Below, piece after piece: positions 27,624 to 37,442 of a DNA stretch of 64,000 bases. The stretch is from a virus (Duplodnaviria > Caudoviricetes). The notes below the pieces were generated by a model. That model was not told where the DNA came from, made no database searches, and was given only the letters and a program-made list of their open reading frames with translations. The stretch lies in the IMG/VR virus record IMGVR_UViG_3300033067_002020, positions 11,311 to 75,310 of that record; one strand, given 5' to 3'. How positions within the stretch are numbered: position 1 is the stretch's first letter; every line of letters begins with the position of its first letter. A program made the position numbers and the translations under genes.

Positions 27624-29468
27624 TCAAACCGCTCTTCCCAAAATGTCAATGTCTGGATACCTGATTTCAAATATTCCACCAGCTTGTGGGATCAACAACC
27701 CTTTTGTTGTCTGAGATTTTACGTCCAAGTAAACATCACTATATTGTCTATTTGCAACATTTCCAGTGACACTATCAAATTTAAAGTTATTGACCGAAAT
27801 AACACCTACAGTGTTGAATATGATGTTTGAAACATCTGACAACATGATTGGTTGATCAATTTGAAAATTCTTGATATCAAAGTACTTCTTTAGTTTTTTG
27901 ATTATTTGTTGTAAAACTAATCGATTGTTCAATGTTGGATCTGCTATAATCTCAAATTGTAGTTTGAGATTTATGACAGGAGCATCAAGAATGTCAATTG
28001 CATCAGAAATCATGCGATAGTCATTCAAAAATTTTCTCAGATTTTGCTTTAGCGCATCAGGTGCAATTACAAGTTTTGATTGCGAATCTCGACTGATTAT
28101 GAACAACTGTGATGATAAAGGATTATTTGGGTTCGACCTTACACCAGCCCTGAAAACCCTTCCAAAGTTAGAAGGCATCATATAAACTCTAGAAATTAAA
28201 TCACTCTTTGAAACAATTCTAGATTGTGAATTTCTAGCTGGCGCAATTTGTTCTTTCAAATCATCTATCGTAGGAGCATCGTCTCCACCAACAGCTGGTT
28301 TGATGTTTCTTGTTTCGATTGTAGATCTAATTGCAGATGCAAGAGAAGGTTGCGGATTTGACGGAAATCGTAATTGCAACGTTTTGATTGAACGAATTGA
28401 ATCTGGTTCGGCATTATGATTTAATCCACCACCATACCTGTAGTTAACTGTGAGTGTTGTGTTTGGAGCGATAACACCAAGTGTTTTTGTGTTTAATAAT
28501 TGTTGTGGATTTATGCTCAATCTTGAAAACGTTGTTTTTCCATACAACGGCAACGCAAATTCACTCGGATCTGGAATTACATCATCTTCCATCGTGTCAG
28601 CTGACCCACCACCGAATTTTAATGTAGTTGTTCTAGTGTCAAGATTTACTTTTTTTGTGAATCTATAAGGTGCTGGGATGACTTCTAAACTTTCTTTCAC
28701 AAGTTCATTATCATCGTTTAAATTAGGAACGCCTCTATACACAACATCTTGTGCAAGACTCCCAACTTCAAAGTACGTATTACCGTACGAATCATACACT
28801 GATTGAATTTCAGTAACGTCAGGATTTGATAATGACAACTCAAGAAAAGGAACAAACGAACCTATGTTAAACGATTCTTGTGTTTGAAATCCTGACACAC
28901 ACATTCCGCTTTGAACTAAAATAAACGTTTGTGGGACACCACTGTCATCAACATTTCCAACCACGACTTCGCATTTTAATTCACCATTTTGTTTTTTTTC
29001 AGTAAAATCAACTGGTTCAAGTAAAATGTATTCAATGCCAGATTCTGAAATAACGACAGTTCCATCATCAATAACACAGATCGCTTCAGACATAGGAATC
29101 GAAACACCGTTGGTTTTTACAGCAGGTATTTCTACATAAAAAGTTTGATTTACAACAGACGGCGAGGCTCCAGTTATATCAACTCCTGAATTTTTCAGCA
29201 TTCTCTCTATGTTTAGAGTTTCGACAGCTGTTTCTGGATTTAGCTCCGTGAATTGATGATCAAGATAAAATGACATCACATCGCCAACATATGATGCAAA
29301 ATCAAGAAACACGCCTCCTAAGCTTGCGTCTGAAAAATCGTTAATACGCTCTTTATAGAACGTTTTTGCGTATTCTAGAAGATCACCTCTAAACGCATCA
29401 AATTCTTTGTTAAGGTATTTACGATGTCGAACTGCTCGTAAAACATCTTTTTTTGTATCACTTGCCAT
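27624..29468 (-). CDS. baseplate wedge protein (T4 gp6 / baseplate J-like)
   Basis: FSDASLGGVFLDFASYVGDVMSFYLD, LKFGGG, YRYGGG, AVGGDDA...QSRIVSKSD; adjacent to gp25-like gene. Confidence 0.85.
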   Translation of the reverse strand: MASDTKKDVLRAVRHRKYLNKEFDAFRGDLLEYAKTFYKERINDFSDASLGGVFLDFASYVGDVMSFYLDHQFTELNPETAVETLNIERMLKNSGVDITGASPSVVNQTFYVEIPAVKTNGVSIPMSEAICVIDDGTVVISESGIEYILLEPVDFTEKKQNGELKCEVVVGNVDDSGVPQTFILVQSGMCVSGFQTQESFNIGSFVPFLELSLSNPDVTEIQSVYDSYGNTYFEVGSLAQDVVYRGVPNLNDDNELVKESLEVIPAPYRFTKKVNLDTRTTTLKFGGGSADTMEDDVIPDPSEFALPLYGKTTFSRLSINPQQLLNTKTLGVIAPNTTLTVNYRYGGGLNHNAEPDSIRSIKTLQLRFPSNPQPSLASAIRSTIETRNIKPAVGGDDAPTIDDLKEQIAPARNSQSRIVSKSDLISRVYMMPSNFGRVFRAGVRSNPNNPLSSQLFIISRDSQSKLVIAPDALKQNLRKFLNDYRMISDAIDILDAPVINLKLQFEIIADPTLNNRLVLQQIIKKLKKYFDIKNFQIDQPIMLSDVSNIIFNTVGVISVNNFKFDSVTGNVANRQYSDVYLDVKSQTTKGLLIPQAGGIFEIRYPDIDILGRAV

Positions 29469-29482
29469 TTGTTATCTTTTCA

Positions 29483-29488
29483 TAAGTA
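29483..29488 (-). promoter_or_regulatory. candidate late promoter, TANTTA type
   Basis: ATACTTA 14 nt upstream of the gp6-like gene ATG. Confidence 0.45.
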
Positions 29489-29495
29489 TGAATCG

Positions 29496-29957
29496 TTATA
29501 TGATACGCAAAACAATTTCAAGTGCTTTGTTAACAACATTCAAAATTGGGATGTCGTATGTTATTTTAAATCTAACGTAATTTCCAGCATTTTCCTGATC
29601 TAGTTGTGGTTCAAATTCGTTCAATGACACAAATGGCATCCATTTTGATACAGCTGAGTTTATTCGAACAACAGCTTCATTATCAAAATCTTCTCTGCTG
29701 GCATATTCAGTCGTAAGTTCTTTTAAATTTGCACCAAAATCATATGATCCAAGTCTTTCACCCCAATTTGTCAAAATCAAATTTCGTAAATTATCGTGTA
29801 TTTGATCTGCTAGTGAAAAATGCATGGCAAAAAGACCTTCACTGCTTTCACCAACTCGTAATGGTGTTTTAATGCCAATAGGTGTAGGTGTTTCTTTTAA
29901 CGATTCTTTTTGTAGCGTTTCAATTGTCTTTCCAACGCTTTTAAACGAAATTGCCAT
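29496..29957 (-). CDS. baseplate wedge subunit, gp25/GPW-like
   Basis: NLRNLILTNWGERLGSYDFGANL...KWMPFV. Confidence 0.88.
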   Translation of the reverse strand: MAISFKSVGKTIETLQKESLKETPTPIGIKTPLRVGESSEGLFAMHFSLADQIHDNLRNLILTNWGERLGSYDFGANLKELTTEYASREDFDNEAVVRINSAVSKWMPFVSLNEFEPQLDQENAGNYVRFKITYDIPILNVVNKALEIVLRII

Positions 29958-29964
29958 AATTTAA

Positions 29965-30960
29965 CTATGCCAAACCAATAAGTGTAGATACAATTTTAAC
30001 CAACGCGCCGGTGCCAAGTAGTGAACCAATTATTACACACAATAACATTCCTGTCATGTTTTTGATGATAACCATCAATGATGACAACAACAACTTTGGT
30101 ACACCGACTATCATTCCTAGTTTTTCAAGTATCGACAATACCATTTTCACAATCAATTCTATGATTTTTGTAAATAAATCCATAGGATCAATTGAAATGC
30201 TTGTTATCAATGTTATTAATTGAGGCAATAAATCAAGTGGAATCTTGAACAATCCCAATACTAAATCTGGCATGATAAAACTAGGAATTCCTGACGATGG
30301 TAACGGTGGAATTGGAATTTCTGGTATCACTATAATCGGAGGAAGAGGTATTGGTGGCGCTAACACTAATTGTATTAGATCTAAAATCTTTAGATCACTA
30401 ATACCATAATCAAGAGCCAACTTGATTTTTGCTGCAGGCATTGTTGGTAATCCAGGTGCCGCAAGATTTGCTTGAATTATTATTTCAGCCAACAAAGAAG
30501 GAATGTCTGGCAATTTTATGTTAGCAAACTTTGGTTTTGATAAATCTACAAAAATTGTTGGGTCAAACACTGGTCCAAGTGATGTCTTTCCACTGACATT
30601 CAACATTCCACATAAAGGTTCATAAACCTTATCAATTATGAGTTTTTGATATTCTTTTTGTGGATCAAGAACAACAGGTGTGCTTGCTAACGCAATAAGT
30701 GGATCTGGTTTAAACCAAAAAAAATCTTCGCCACTTGGGTTTGTTATTGAAATTGCAACTTTTGGTCCTGGAACTGGGAACACAGGAAGAGGCAACGGTG
30801 GAACCGTATGTAAAAGTCCCATTCCATTTTCGTTACCGTTTGCCATGATCGACAACACGTCAACACAAAATTTATCACGTGCTGATTTCGTTAGTTTTCC
30901 GTTTGAATCTAACAATCCAGCGCCAGCAGGCCCGAGAATTTTATCAGTTCCTACAGCCAT
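29965..30960 (-). CDS. proline-rich hypothetical baseplate-region protein
   Basis: Between gp5-like and gp25-like genes; PPIPLPPIIVIPEIPIPP. Confidence 0.6.
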   Translation of the reverse strand: MAVGTDKILGPAGAGLLDSNGKLTKSARDKFCVDVLSIMANGNENGMGLLHTVPPLPLPVFPVPGPKVAISITNPSGEDFFWFKPDPLIALASTPVVLDPQKEYQKLIIDKVYEPLCGMLNVSGKTSLGPVFDPTIFVDLSKPKFANIKLPDIPSLLAEIIIQANLAAPGLPTMPAAKIKLALDYGISDLKILDLIQLVLAPPIPLPPIIVIPEIPIPPLPSSGIPSFIMPDLVLGLFKIPLDLLPQLITLITSISIDPMDLFTKIIELIVKMVLSILEKLGMIVGVPKLLLSSLMVIIKNMTGMLLCVIIGSLLGTGALVKIVSTLIGLA

Positions 30961-32363
30961 TATTTGATCAAAACTTTTGTAGAAAACTTGCCATGAGCAC
31001 TACCAGGTCCTACACCCAATATTCCACCCATTGTCGTTACTAATGGTGGCGATGTAACTTTGCCACCTGCTGAACTTGCGCCAACGTCAAGACATAATAT
31101 AGCTGACGTTGCGTCTTCACCACCAAGTTTGATTACTTGAGAATCAGACGGTATAAAAACGATTTCACCGTTATCTTTGATGACAACACCCGCACACTCT
31201 GATTCAGGTGAATCGAATTTTGGTTGAACAAGAAATTTGATTGACTTTCTTGCAATTATTCTGATATGATCAACTTTTATGACACCAACACAGTCTTCAG
31301 AACCAGATTTGTCAATTCCACTTAGATTGACATTGAAATTTTTGTCAACGTCAGATTTCATGCTTAGGTAGATACGACCAAGGTCTGTCTCGAAGTCAGG
31401 ATCACCCTCAGATTTTTTTTCATCATTTAGTGATTTGCTAACTTCTTTCTTTGACAGGGAATTATCTACAACGTTCTTGGGCTTTGTTTTATCGCCTGCA
31501 CCTCGTCCAACGACAAGATCAATGGCGCCTGCTTTGCCTTTTTTGTCTTTGTTAGGTTTCCCCTTGACAGAATTACCTTTTTTGTCATTAACAGAATAAT
31601 CTGCAACTGGCCCAGTCCTGTCAGTTCCAAGAGAGATCAAGGTATTATTCGAACCTTGCATAACGTAATCACCAGGACGTTTTTTGTATCGTGGTACATC
31701 TTCCATTTCTGAAATTTTACCAGAGTCAGAATCATTTATGATTTTTTCGTATGCTTTTTCACCACCAAGAGCAGAAGCTGTTATTCCGTCAATTACTTTT
31801 CCGTCTTTTGATTTTCTTGTTGCGCCGTTATCAAATCCAGGCGTCTTACTTGAAGTTCCTTCAGCTTTTTCAATTGTGCTACTCTTTTGTTCAAGGTGGA
31901 ACTTTCTATCTGCGTGTGTATGATTTACATCATCAATGTCTCTGGGTTCTGTGATTCTTGATATCCAAAACCCATACAAATTTTCTTTGTTAGGTTCATA
32001 AAATACCCACACATGCTCGCCTGCTTTGATAGGCAACATCATGTGTTGTGAAAAGAATGGGAAAAAATACTGTGGTGAATTTTCACCAGTGTCAGTACCA
32101 TCAAGAACTCGTCTGCCTAAAATCGTATTAACAGGCAATTTTCTAACAAAAGACGTATCACGTAACCCGTAAGTTTTTATCAAATACTCAATTCTTTTAT
32201 CATCGTATGAAGTTGGATCGAACACAACCTCTTCAACAACAACACGTTGAAACGTTTGTGAATTGCTATGCACATCTCCAGTGATAGAAGATCTGCTTAA
32301 TACGTCTATTGCAGAACCTTCTGTTGCTGCTTTAGCTCCAAACGTTTTTGTGTATTCTGACAT
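30960..32363 (-). CDS. baseplate hub/spike protein (gp5/VgrG-like)
   Basis: OB-fold motif LPIKAGEHVWV; PGDYVMQGSNNTLISLG; upstream of gp25-like gene. Confidence 0.65.
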   Translation of the reverse strand: MSEYTKTFGAKAATEGSAIDVLSRSSITGDVHSNSQTFQRVVVEEVVFDPTSYDDKRIEYLIKTYGLRDTSFVRKLPVNTILGRRVLDGTDTGENSPQYFFPFFSQHMMLPIKAGEHVWVFYEPNKENLYGFWISRITEPRDIDDVNHTHADRKFHLEQKSSTIEKAEGTSSKTPGFDNGATRKSKDGKVIDGITASALGGEKAYEKIINDSDSGKISEMEDVPRYKKRPGDYVMQGSNNTLISLGTDRTGPVADYSVNDKKGNSVKGKPNKDKKGKAGAIDLVVGRGAGDKTKPKNVVDNSLSKKEVSKSLNDEKKSEGDPDFETDLGRIYLSMKSDVDKNFNVNLSGIDKSGSEDCVGVIKVDHIRIIARKSIKFLVQPKFDSPESECAGVVIKDNGEIVFIPSDSQVIKLGGEDATSAILCLDVGASSAGGKVTSPPLVTTMGGILGVGPGSAHGKFSTKVLIK

Positions 32364-32759
32364 TTATTTCTTTTGTATTTGCTTATAAATTTCTTCAGTG
32401 TCCATAGGTTCATCATCGTCGTCATTTTCTAACTCTTCAGCATTCTGTATCAATTCGGCAAGACGAATAATTTGATCGTTTGCCTTTGCCATGCATGCAA
32501 TGTACTTGTTGATATTAGGACCATGAATTGCGTGTTCAGTAGAGTTAGTGATGACGGTTCCCATTAAAGCTGTCATTAAAATACTTGAGTTATTTCGATC
32601 GATAATTGCATTACTGTAAATGTCAATCCACAACCTCTTCTTTTTTTCAGACAATGTTTTGAGACCGTCCAACAAACACGAAAAATCGCGTATTTTTTGA
32701 TCTGGAGTGGTGTTCTCCTCTTTGGTCAATTCATGTTCAAGGTTTGTTTTGGGCATCAT
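32364..32759 (-). CDS. hypothetical helical protein
   Basis: 131 aa, overlaps the sigma-factor gene. Confidence 0.6.
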   Translation of the reverse strand: MMPKTNLEHELTKEENTTPDQKIRDFSCLLDGLKTLSEKKKRLWIDIYSNAIIDRNNSSILMTALMGTVITNSTEHAIHGPNINKYIACMAKANDQIIRLAELIQNAEELENDDDDEPMDTEEIYKQIQKK

Positions 32760-33510
32760 ATCTGCTCTTGACGTAATGTTTCTTGATAATTTGCATTGCC
32801 GCTGTCAACTGCTTTGGTGATAGACCTGTAAGCTCTCTCATATATAACAACACGGCGCTTTTATTTAGCAAATCAACTTTATCAATGTCTTTAAAAATAG
32901 ATTTGATTGCGTTCATACACACTTCTTCATGTTCACCGTGAACTTTGTGATGAACTTCATATAACAAATTGCTGATGTCAGCTGTTTGATTTAAAGTTTC
33001 TAAAATTGCTTCTTGAGATTGTAACGTTGTGTGATCTTCAATTAATTCAATATCTGATTGTGTTAGCAAATCTAAATCATCAATACTAACATTTCTCTTC
33101 ATTCTTAATGATTTTTGTTTTGTTCTTACGATTAACCAATTTTTTGCGACAACATTGAAATATGAAAATGCTGCAGTTCCTCTAGATGCATCGAACTTAA
33201 AAATTGTTTCAAACAAAAAATTGACGCAATCATTTTTCAAATCATCAAATGAATCAAATAATCCAGTGAACTTGTGAATATTGATTAGATTTTCGACGAG
33301 TTTTGAAAATGCAGGTAATATTTCAGTGACATACAACGTGTCTCGTTCTTTTTTTGTTGTAGCACTTTGATACGCAACAATTGCAGCTTGCGTATTTTCA
33401 TTGAAATATAGTTTTGGGCTATTGGGATTTGACCCATTTTTTCGTCGGCGTCTAATCTTAACTTTAGGCATCACTGGCGGAGGTGATTGATCGTTTGAAT
33501 TGTCACTCAT
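32737..33510 (-). CDS. phage RNA polymerase sigma factor (sigma70 region 2 / gp55-like)
   Basis: DDLKNDCVNFLFETIFKFDASRGTAAFSYFNVVAKN region 2.2-2.4 pattern. Confidence 0.75.
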   Translation of the reverse strand: MSDNSNDQSPPPVMPKVKIRRRRKNGSNPNSPKLYFNENTQAAIVAYQSATTKKERDTLYVTEILPAFSKLVENLINIHKFTGLFDSFDDLKNDCVNFLFETIFKFDASRGTAAFSYFNVVAKNWLIVRTKQKSLRMKRNVSIDDLDLLTQSDIELIEDHTTLQSQEAILETLNQTADISNLLYEVHHKVHGEHEEVCMNAIKSIFKDIDKVDLLNKSAVLLYMRELTGLSPKQLTAAMQIIKKHYVKSRYDAQNKP

Positions 33511-33796
33511 CTTTTTCTTCGCTTTCCCAACCTTCTGTTATCTGATTTGCAATGACTAAAATTGCTTCTTGTGATCTTTTGATTTCATTAATCACGCCTT
33601 TTATATATGGATCGTCACTACCTATTGGTGTTTCTAACACCTTACCAATGTTGACATATGATGTGTTTAGAACATCTAATGATTCATTGATTGCATCTTC
33701 CATATTGAGAACAATTTTTGCCAGTCTAAAACAATGGTAACAACAAAAAACCAGCAATGCAACTAAAATAACGATAATAATTACACAAACGATCAT
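33503..33796 (-). CDS. small protein with N-terminal TM helix
   Basis: MIVCVIIIVILVALLVF then amphipathic helix. Confidence 0.6.
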   Translation of the reverse strand: MIVCVIIIVILVALLVFCCYHCFRLAKIVLNMEDAINESLDVLNTSYVNIGKVLETPIGSDDPYIKGVINEIKRSQEAILVIANQITEGWESEEKDE

Positions 33797-34962
33797 ATAA
33801 TTCCCTTGAGTACATCATCATATTTCTTCATGATTGTCTGAATGTTGTAATTCTCAAGAATCAATGGCTTCAATTCTGATGCCCATCTTTTTGGAGCTTC
33901 GTAATTTGAATGCAGTTTTTTGATTTTTCGTTTAAAACACTCTTCAGAAGGAGCTGCCCACTTTGAATCTTTCATAAAAATCTGATTATCAACTCTTGAA
34001 GGATGAATCTCAACAAGCCGACTATCAATATCAATGTATTTTCCTAAACCAAGAAATTCAGTGTGCGCCGACCAGTTTGTTGCGACAACTGGCAAACCCG
34101 CGGCAGCAGCTTCAAGAATTGGCAATCCAAATCCTTCGCCTCTTGTTAATGCAACTAAAGCTTTGATAGATTCATTATGCATTAACGCATGAACTTCGTT
34201 ATCTGTCATATCACCATGTAATAGGTGAACCTTTGGAAATTCAGAAGTCTGTCGAACTTCTTTTAGTAAAGTCGTAAAAACATTCTTCATCATGCTTCTG
34301 TCAAAGTGACTGCTTTTTCCACCGTTTGTTTTGACAACGATACCGACATCTTTGTTTCCTGCAAATGTGTCGCACAACCATTTAATCGTATAGAAAATAT
34401 TTTTGCGATCGTTTTCTGGATTGTTGCCTGTAAGTTGTCCAAAGACTAGAAAATTGAATGGCGTGTCAAATCCAAAATCAACGTCTTCAATCACATCTTT
34501 AGAGTACACTACAGGAAACGCTTCTGGGACCACTTTTGAAGGCGTCAAGAGCGTTCCAGATTTTTTTATTGACTTCAAAGAGTGTTCTGAAGGAACAATA
34601 ACTAATTGCATCTTGTTGCAAGCTGTGACCCATTCAGGGTTACATCTATCTGTTTCAACACCAGCGGTCATACCTACGTTGTAGGTCGCCATTGCAGTTG
34701 ACCATTCATTTGGCAATTTCAATTGTAACGAAACGTCATACTTGGGAAGAGGCGGAACTGTCCTCTTCATGACTTCTCCAATAAGACCATCTTTATTTGC
34801 TGGATTTACGTGCCATGATGTGTCGCCCCAAGGCACCACTTGAACGTGAAGCTTGATTCTTCCTTGTTTTTCTGCGTTAAGGAGATATTGAAAAACTTGT
34901 TGTGCATGAACGCCATAACCACTTTGAGTCAACACTGGTGCGCTAAAAAGAACTGTTTTCAT
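33793..34962 (-). CDS. glycosyltransferase, GT-B (GT4-like)
   Basis: SGYG N-terminal motif; RGEGFGLPILEA (Ex7E); AAGGA RBS. Confidence 0.9.
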   Translation of the reverse strand: MKTVLFSAPVLTQSGYGVHAQQVFQYLLNAEKQGRIKLHVQVVPWGDTSWHVNPANKDGLIGEVMKRTVPPLPKYDVSLQLKLPNEWSTAMATYNVGMTAGVETDRCNPEWVTACNKMQLVIVPSEHSLKSIKKSGTLLTPSKVVPEAFPVVYSKDVIEDVDFGFDTPFNFLVFGQLTGNNPENDRKNIFYTIKWLCDTFAGNKDVGIVVKTNGGKSSHFDRSMMKNVFTTLLKEVRQTSEFPKVHLLHGDMTDNEVHALMHNESIKALVALTRGEGFGLPILEAAAAGLPVVATNWSAHTEFLGLGKYIDIDSRLVEIHPSRVDNQIFMKDSKWAAPSEECFKRKIKKLHSNYEAPKRWASELKPLILENYNIQTIMKKYDDVLKGII

Positions 34963-34977
34963 TATGTTTCCTTATAA

Positions 34978-37407
34978 TCAGATTTTGATTGATTCCCAGC
35001 GCTTATACGAAGATTTCCAATTTTGCAACGTATTTGTTATGGTATCATCCCATGTTTGTATCAATCGTGGCAAAGAAAATTCTTGATGTGCATACAACAT
35101 TGCTTTTTGACCGATATTACGTCTTTGTTCGTCACCAAGTTCATACATTTTCATTAATGTCTTTGCTTTAGTCTCATTTGTGACGTGATCTTCATAAATT
35201 CCTGGAACTTGCTGACTTCCAGTTAGTGTCTTGAATTCAACTGGCAATGCTAATCCATTCTCTGAACCATCACGATAATCAATAACTTGTCTCTCGAGGC
35301 CACCAGTTTTAACTGCAATGATTGGTTTTGCACAATACATTGCTTCTAGTGTTGCAAGTCCAAAGCCTTCGGCGCAGTTGTGCACAGTACACCCAGGTAA
35401 TGAATATGTGTGATCGTCTTCAACGTCAAAATTATAAACTTCGCCTGAAGCTGTTGAATCGAACGATACACTATGAACTCTTGAAACAATATGACCATTT
35501 ATATTCCAAGAACGACACGATCCGTTATTTGTTCTCTTGCGTTCGTTCCATTCAATTGTCCAAATTTTATTTTTTGCAAATCCACCATTTTCACTATAAT
35601 AAGCATTTGGACAATACCCAAGATGTATCAATAAAGTTTTTGTGCCATACGCTAATTGATGTGACACTGTTCGAATACGATTTTTTTTATTTCCGTATTG
35701 TGGGTGTGTCAATTCACAACCATCACCATCAAAATAACCTTTCAAGAATGCTTTTCGAATGTCATTGTTAGAATTTAGAATTTCATTTGGCACTTTTTTT
35801 CCATGTGAATACATTCCACAAACATTATTAAAAAATTCAACAAGAACAGCTGATTCTTTAATGGAAACACCAATTCGATTGTTTTTGTTCTTGTAAAAAG
35901 ATTCTTTATTGAAAACACGCTTAATTTTTTCTTGTAATTGATGTGCAAGTTCTTCTTCTGTAAGTCCGTTTAAACAAAATACAACAGAATTTGTTGTTCC
36001 ATCAGCGCACCACAAACCTAAAATATACGCTAAATCTTCATCTAGTTTTAGAAATCTATCACATACTTGTCTGCCTGAATTAGTGTAACCTGCATAGATG
36101 TATGAATCATCAGCAGAATATTGATTACAAGTTGTTTGTTCATTATAAGAAATTTTTCTATCTTTTACGTAATCAAACAAATCAAACGTAAATGAATCGC
36201 AATCAGACAATTTTTGGTTATCATAAACAACATAATCGCCAACTTTTATATCAGATGCTTTTACCCACGTAACTAAATCTAGCATTTTATCAAGATTTTC
36301 ATTAATCAAAAAATTAACATCTGACTTACGAATCACTCGAAATGGATGTTCTGGTGTTACAACAACTTTGTCTGTGTTAGTTACACCAAAAGTATAAAGA
36401 CCTTCATTTGGTTGAAGATTACGACACGATTTATTTTGAACACGTTTATAGTGACCTTCGTGTGTCAACACTAACTCACCAACATTTACATCAGCAATTT
36501 GCTTGTATCCTTTATCTGTCACAACTAATTGAGTCCCTGGAAAACAACTATAGTTTATAACAGTATCGGCAATATTATACAGTTGATTCATTTCCTCAAA
36601 CATCGGTTTCGATCTACTGAAAACAACTTTGTCTTTAATTCCGAGTGCTTCAACAATCACGTTTAGATTGGGTCCTTCTGGATCTAACGGATCAGTGTGC
36701 ATAATAAGTGTTGCTTTAGAATGACCGTGTTTTTCTTGCAAATTATCAAGAAACATTTTCCAAGAAACTAAAACATCGCCTGGCATCTTGCGTCTGGCGT
36801 TTCTATTCACCCACAAAACAACAAATTCATCATCAGGTCTTCCTGATAACAACTTGCGTTTATGTTTCAGTTGCTCTTCAACAGAAAGGGGATGAAATAA
36901 TTCTTGAGGCAATGCATGTGGTGCCCAATTCACTTTATTGGGATACTTTTCTTCAGGATACATCTTTTTTAGAAAATCATACGTCGGTCTATTGATGCAA
37001 TTCAATAAATCGACAGAATCATAAATCTCTTTGTTATATGTCGGTGCATATTCACATTGATCCCATAAGTGATTATAAAGAATGGGACATACTTGATGAA
37101 CCTCATCTGACATCGCAAAGATGTGCATGAAGAATCTAGGATCAGTAAACAACAGAAGGCCATCAGGACGCTCAGTCGCCAACAGCACTCGAATCATATC
37201 TTGGTTACCAAACCCATCAATGGGTTTGATTATGAAATCTTCGTTAACAGCGACAGTTTCATATGATTCATGTCGAATTGCTCCACCCAAAACTCTAAAT
37301 GAATATTTTCCAGTGTTAATCAAACCGTGAATCAAATACCTCGCTTGACAGCCTACCCCGGAGCTTGATAACGGGTGATCTGAAAACATTAGAATTTTCT
37401 TCTTCAT
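34978..37407 (-). CDS. glycosyltransferase, GT-B (GT4-like), intein-containing
   Basis: SSGVG; VNRNARRK; exteins rejoin as TVINYS|CAEGFGLATLEA. Confidence 0.9.
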   Translation of the reverse strand: MKKKILMFSDHPLSSSGVGCQARYLIHGLINTGKYSFRVLGGAIRHESYETVAVNEDFIIKPIDGFGNQDMIRVLLATERPDGLLLFTDPRFFMHIFAMSDEVHQVCPILYNHLWDQCEYAPTYNKEIYDSVDLLNCINRPTYDFLKKMYPEEKYPNKVNWAPHALPQELFHPLSVEEQLKHKRKLLSGRPDDEFVVLWVNRNARRKMPGDVLVSWKMFLDNLQEKHGHSKATLIMHTDPLDPEGPNLNVIVEALGIKDKVVFSRSKPMFEEMNQLYNIADTVINYSCFPGTQLVVTDKGYKQIADVNVGELVLTHEGHYKRVQNKSCRNLQPNEGLYTFGVTNTDKVVVTPEHPFRVIRKSDVNFLINENLDKMLDLVTWVKASDIKVGDYVVYDNQKLSDCDSFTFDLFDYVKDRKISYNEQTTCNQYSADDSYIYAGYTNSGRQVCDRFLKLDEDLAYILGLWCADGTTNSVVFCLNGLTEEELAHQLQEKIKRVFNKESFYKNKNNRIGVSIKESAVLVEFFNNVCGMYSHGKKVPNEILNSNNDIRKAFLKGYFDGDGCELTHPQYGNKKNRIRTVSHQLAYGTKTLLIHLGYCPNAYYSENGGFAKNKIWTIEWNERKRTNNGSCRSWNINGHIVSRVHSVSFDSTASGEVYNFDVEDDHTYSLPGCTVHNCAEGFGLATLEAMYCAKPIIAVKTGGLERQVIDYRDGSENGLALPVEFKTLTGSQQVPGIYEDHVTNETKAKTLMKMYELGDEQRRNIGQKAMLYAHQEFSLPRLIQTWDDTITNTLQNWKSSYKRWESIKI
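35377..36546 (-). mobile_element. intein (390 aa) with LAGLIDADG homing endonuclease
   Basis: N-terminal CFPGTQLV, block B VTPEHPF, LAGLIDADG blocks LGLWCADG and LKGYFDGDG, C-terminal VYNFDVEDDHTY...VHN followed by +1 Cys. Confidence 0.93.
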
Positions 37408-37442
37408 GACTCTATATTACTTTCTTACGTAAAAACGTATAA

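Noticed and set aside
35322-35771. 149 aa + strand ORF inside the intein gene, and other short + strand ORFs across 18-63 kb
   Set aside because: Antisense to motif-bearing - strand genes; no RBS or recognisable domain.
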